Part shown: positions 63,209 to 64,000 of the stretch, one piece after another
Layout: each line of letters opens with the position of its first letter
How positions within the stretch are numbered: the first letter of the stretch is position 1
From: the human T2T-CHM13v2.0 reference genome, Homo sapiens
Length of the DNA: 64,000 nucleotides
Reading direction: 5' to 3' (one strand)
Assembly: GCF_009914755.1 (NCBI RefSeq)
Contig: NC_060943.1
The notes under the pieces: model-generated
Databases searched by the model: none
Seen by the model: the letters and a program-made list of their open reading frames with translations, nothing else
Told to the model about the DNA's origin: nothing
Program-made: the position numbers and the translations under genes

Positions 63209-64000
63209 CTCGCTGCGGCTGCTGCTGCTGTTACTGCTTTTGCTAAAGAAACCTGTGCATGCCGGCCACGGAGGCAGCACCTTCCTGTCGTTAACAGGCA
63301 CCTGGAGGATAAGTGTTTTCATTGCCAAGCAAAACAGTTTCTTCACTGATGTGATCGCTGGGTCCTTGGGGACAGTAAATGGATTTTAGCCGTTCTGGAA
63401 GCTGCCAGCGATGCAGGCGTCAACACACAGCTCTTCCCTTGGTGGCCCGGGGCGCGGAGGGGCAGCTTGCCAGATTCCTGGCAGATGAGCCGAAGCGGGT
63501 GGGTTAGTTCCTTCTCCCTGTGCAGTGGGTGGCCCGGTCGACTCCTGGAAGGAGGCGTGGGGCCTGCAGTGCCCACCCCAGGACTGGGTGTGGCAGCCCC
63601 GGAGCGGCTGGGAGGGCCTGCACAGAAGGGTGCCTGGCACCCAGAAGGCCCGTGGTGCCCACCGGCAGTCTAGAATCTGGTCTTGTCGGCCCATAGGCTC
63701 ACCCCCACCAGAGGAGGGAACATGAGGCTGGGGACAAGGCCAGGAGCCCAGGGTGAGGCGTGTACTCCGGATAGCCCTGGTCCCTCAGCTCCTGGATGTC
63801 TCCAGAAAGAGCCGGCGCTAACCTGGACTGTCCTTTCCTTGGGACCAGCCTTGTCTCGGTTTAACTCTAAATTAGTGAAGGCACCGGGTTCCGGCTGCAG
63901 TGCCGCCTCTGACAGGTGCTGGTCCTTGTCTTCCTCTGCTGTCTTCTCCGCGTGTTCCAGTGTCTGAGGTGGCCCAGGACCTCTCTGGGGTGGAAGTCCA

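Overview
Human (primate) genomic DNA from a GC-rich, Alu-dense region, recognisable as the 5' part of KDM4B (JMJD2B, JmjC histone demethylase, 19p13.3), transcribed on the + strand. The window starts inside intron 1. It contains the 83-nt non-coding exon 2 (41614-41696) and exon 3 (58226-58391), which carries the start codon and the JmjN-domain-coding sequence (CDS 58251-58391), and it ends in the next intron. The rest is intronic: about 60 Alu copies or fragments, old L1M fragments, MER20/MER33/MER58 DNA-transposon fossils, MLT1/MER21/LTR47-like LTRs, a ~0.8 kb (CCAY)n tract and a ~1.37 kb GT-rich minisatellite. Almost all ORFs in the supplied track are spurious. I see no evidence of a new gene system. 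The most unusual signals are: (i) several local templated-copy/template-switch scars (inverted 150-bp copy at 17.0/17.4 kb, fold-back at 20.7 kb, 180-bp copy at 50.5/51.5 kb, 80-bp copy at 62.9/63.8 kb); (ii) a minisatellite born from an L1 3' end that carries ~47 CAGGTG E-boxes; (iii) a solo LTR with a near-perfect ERE inserted into an Alu; (iv) ancient repeats sharing the same GC-shifted variants; (v) a (TG)13(CG)9 Z-DNA-prone tract. Repeat family names come from my memory of consensus sequences, and repeat boundaries are approximate.
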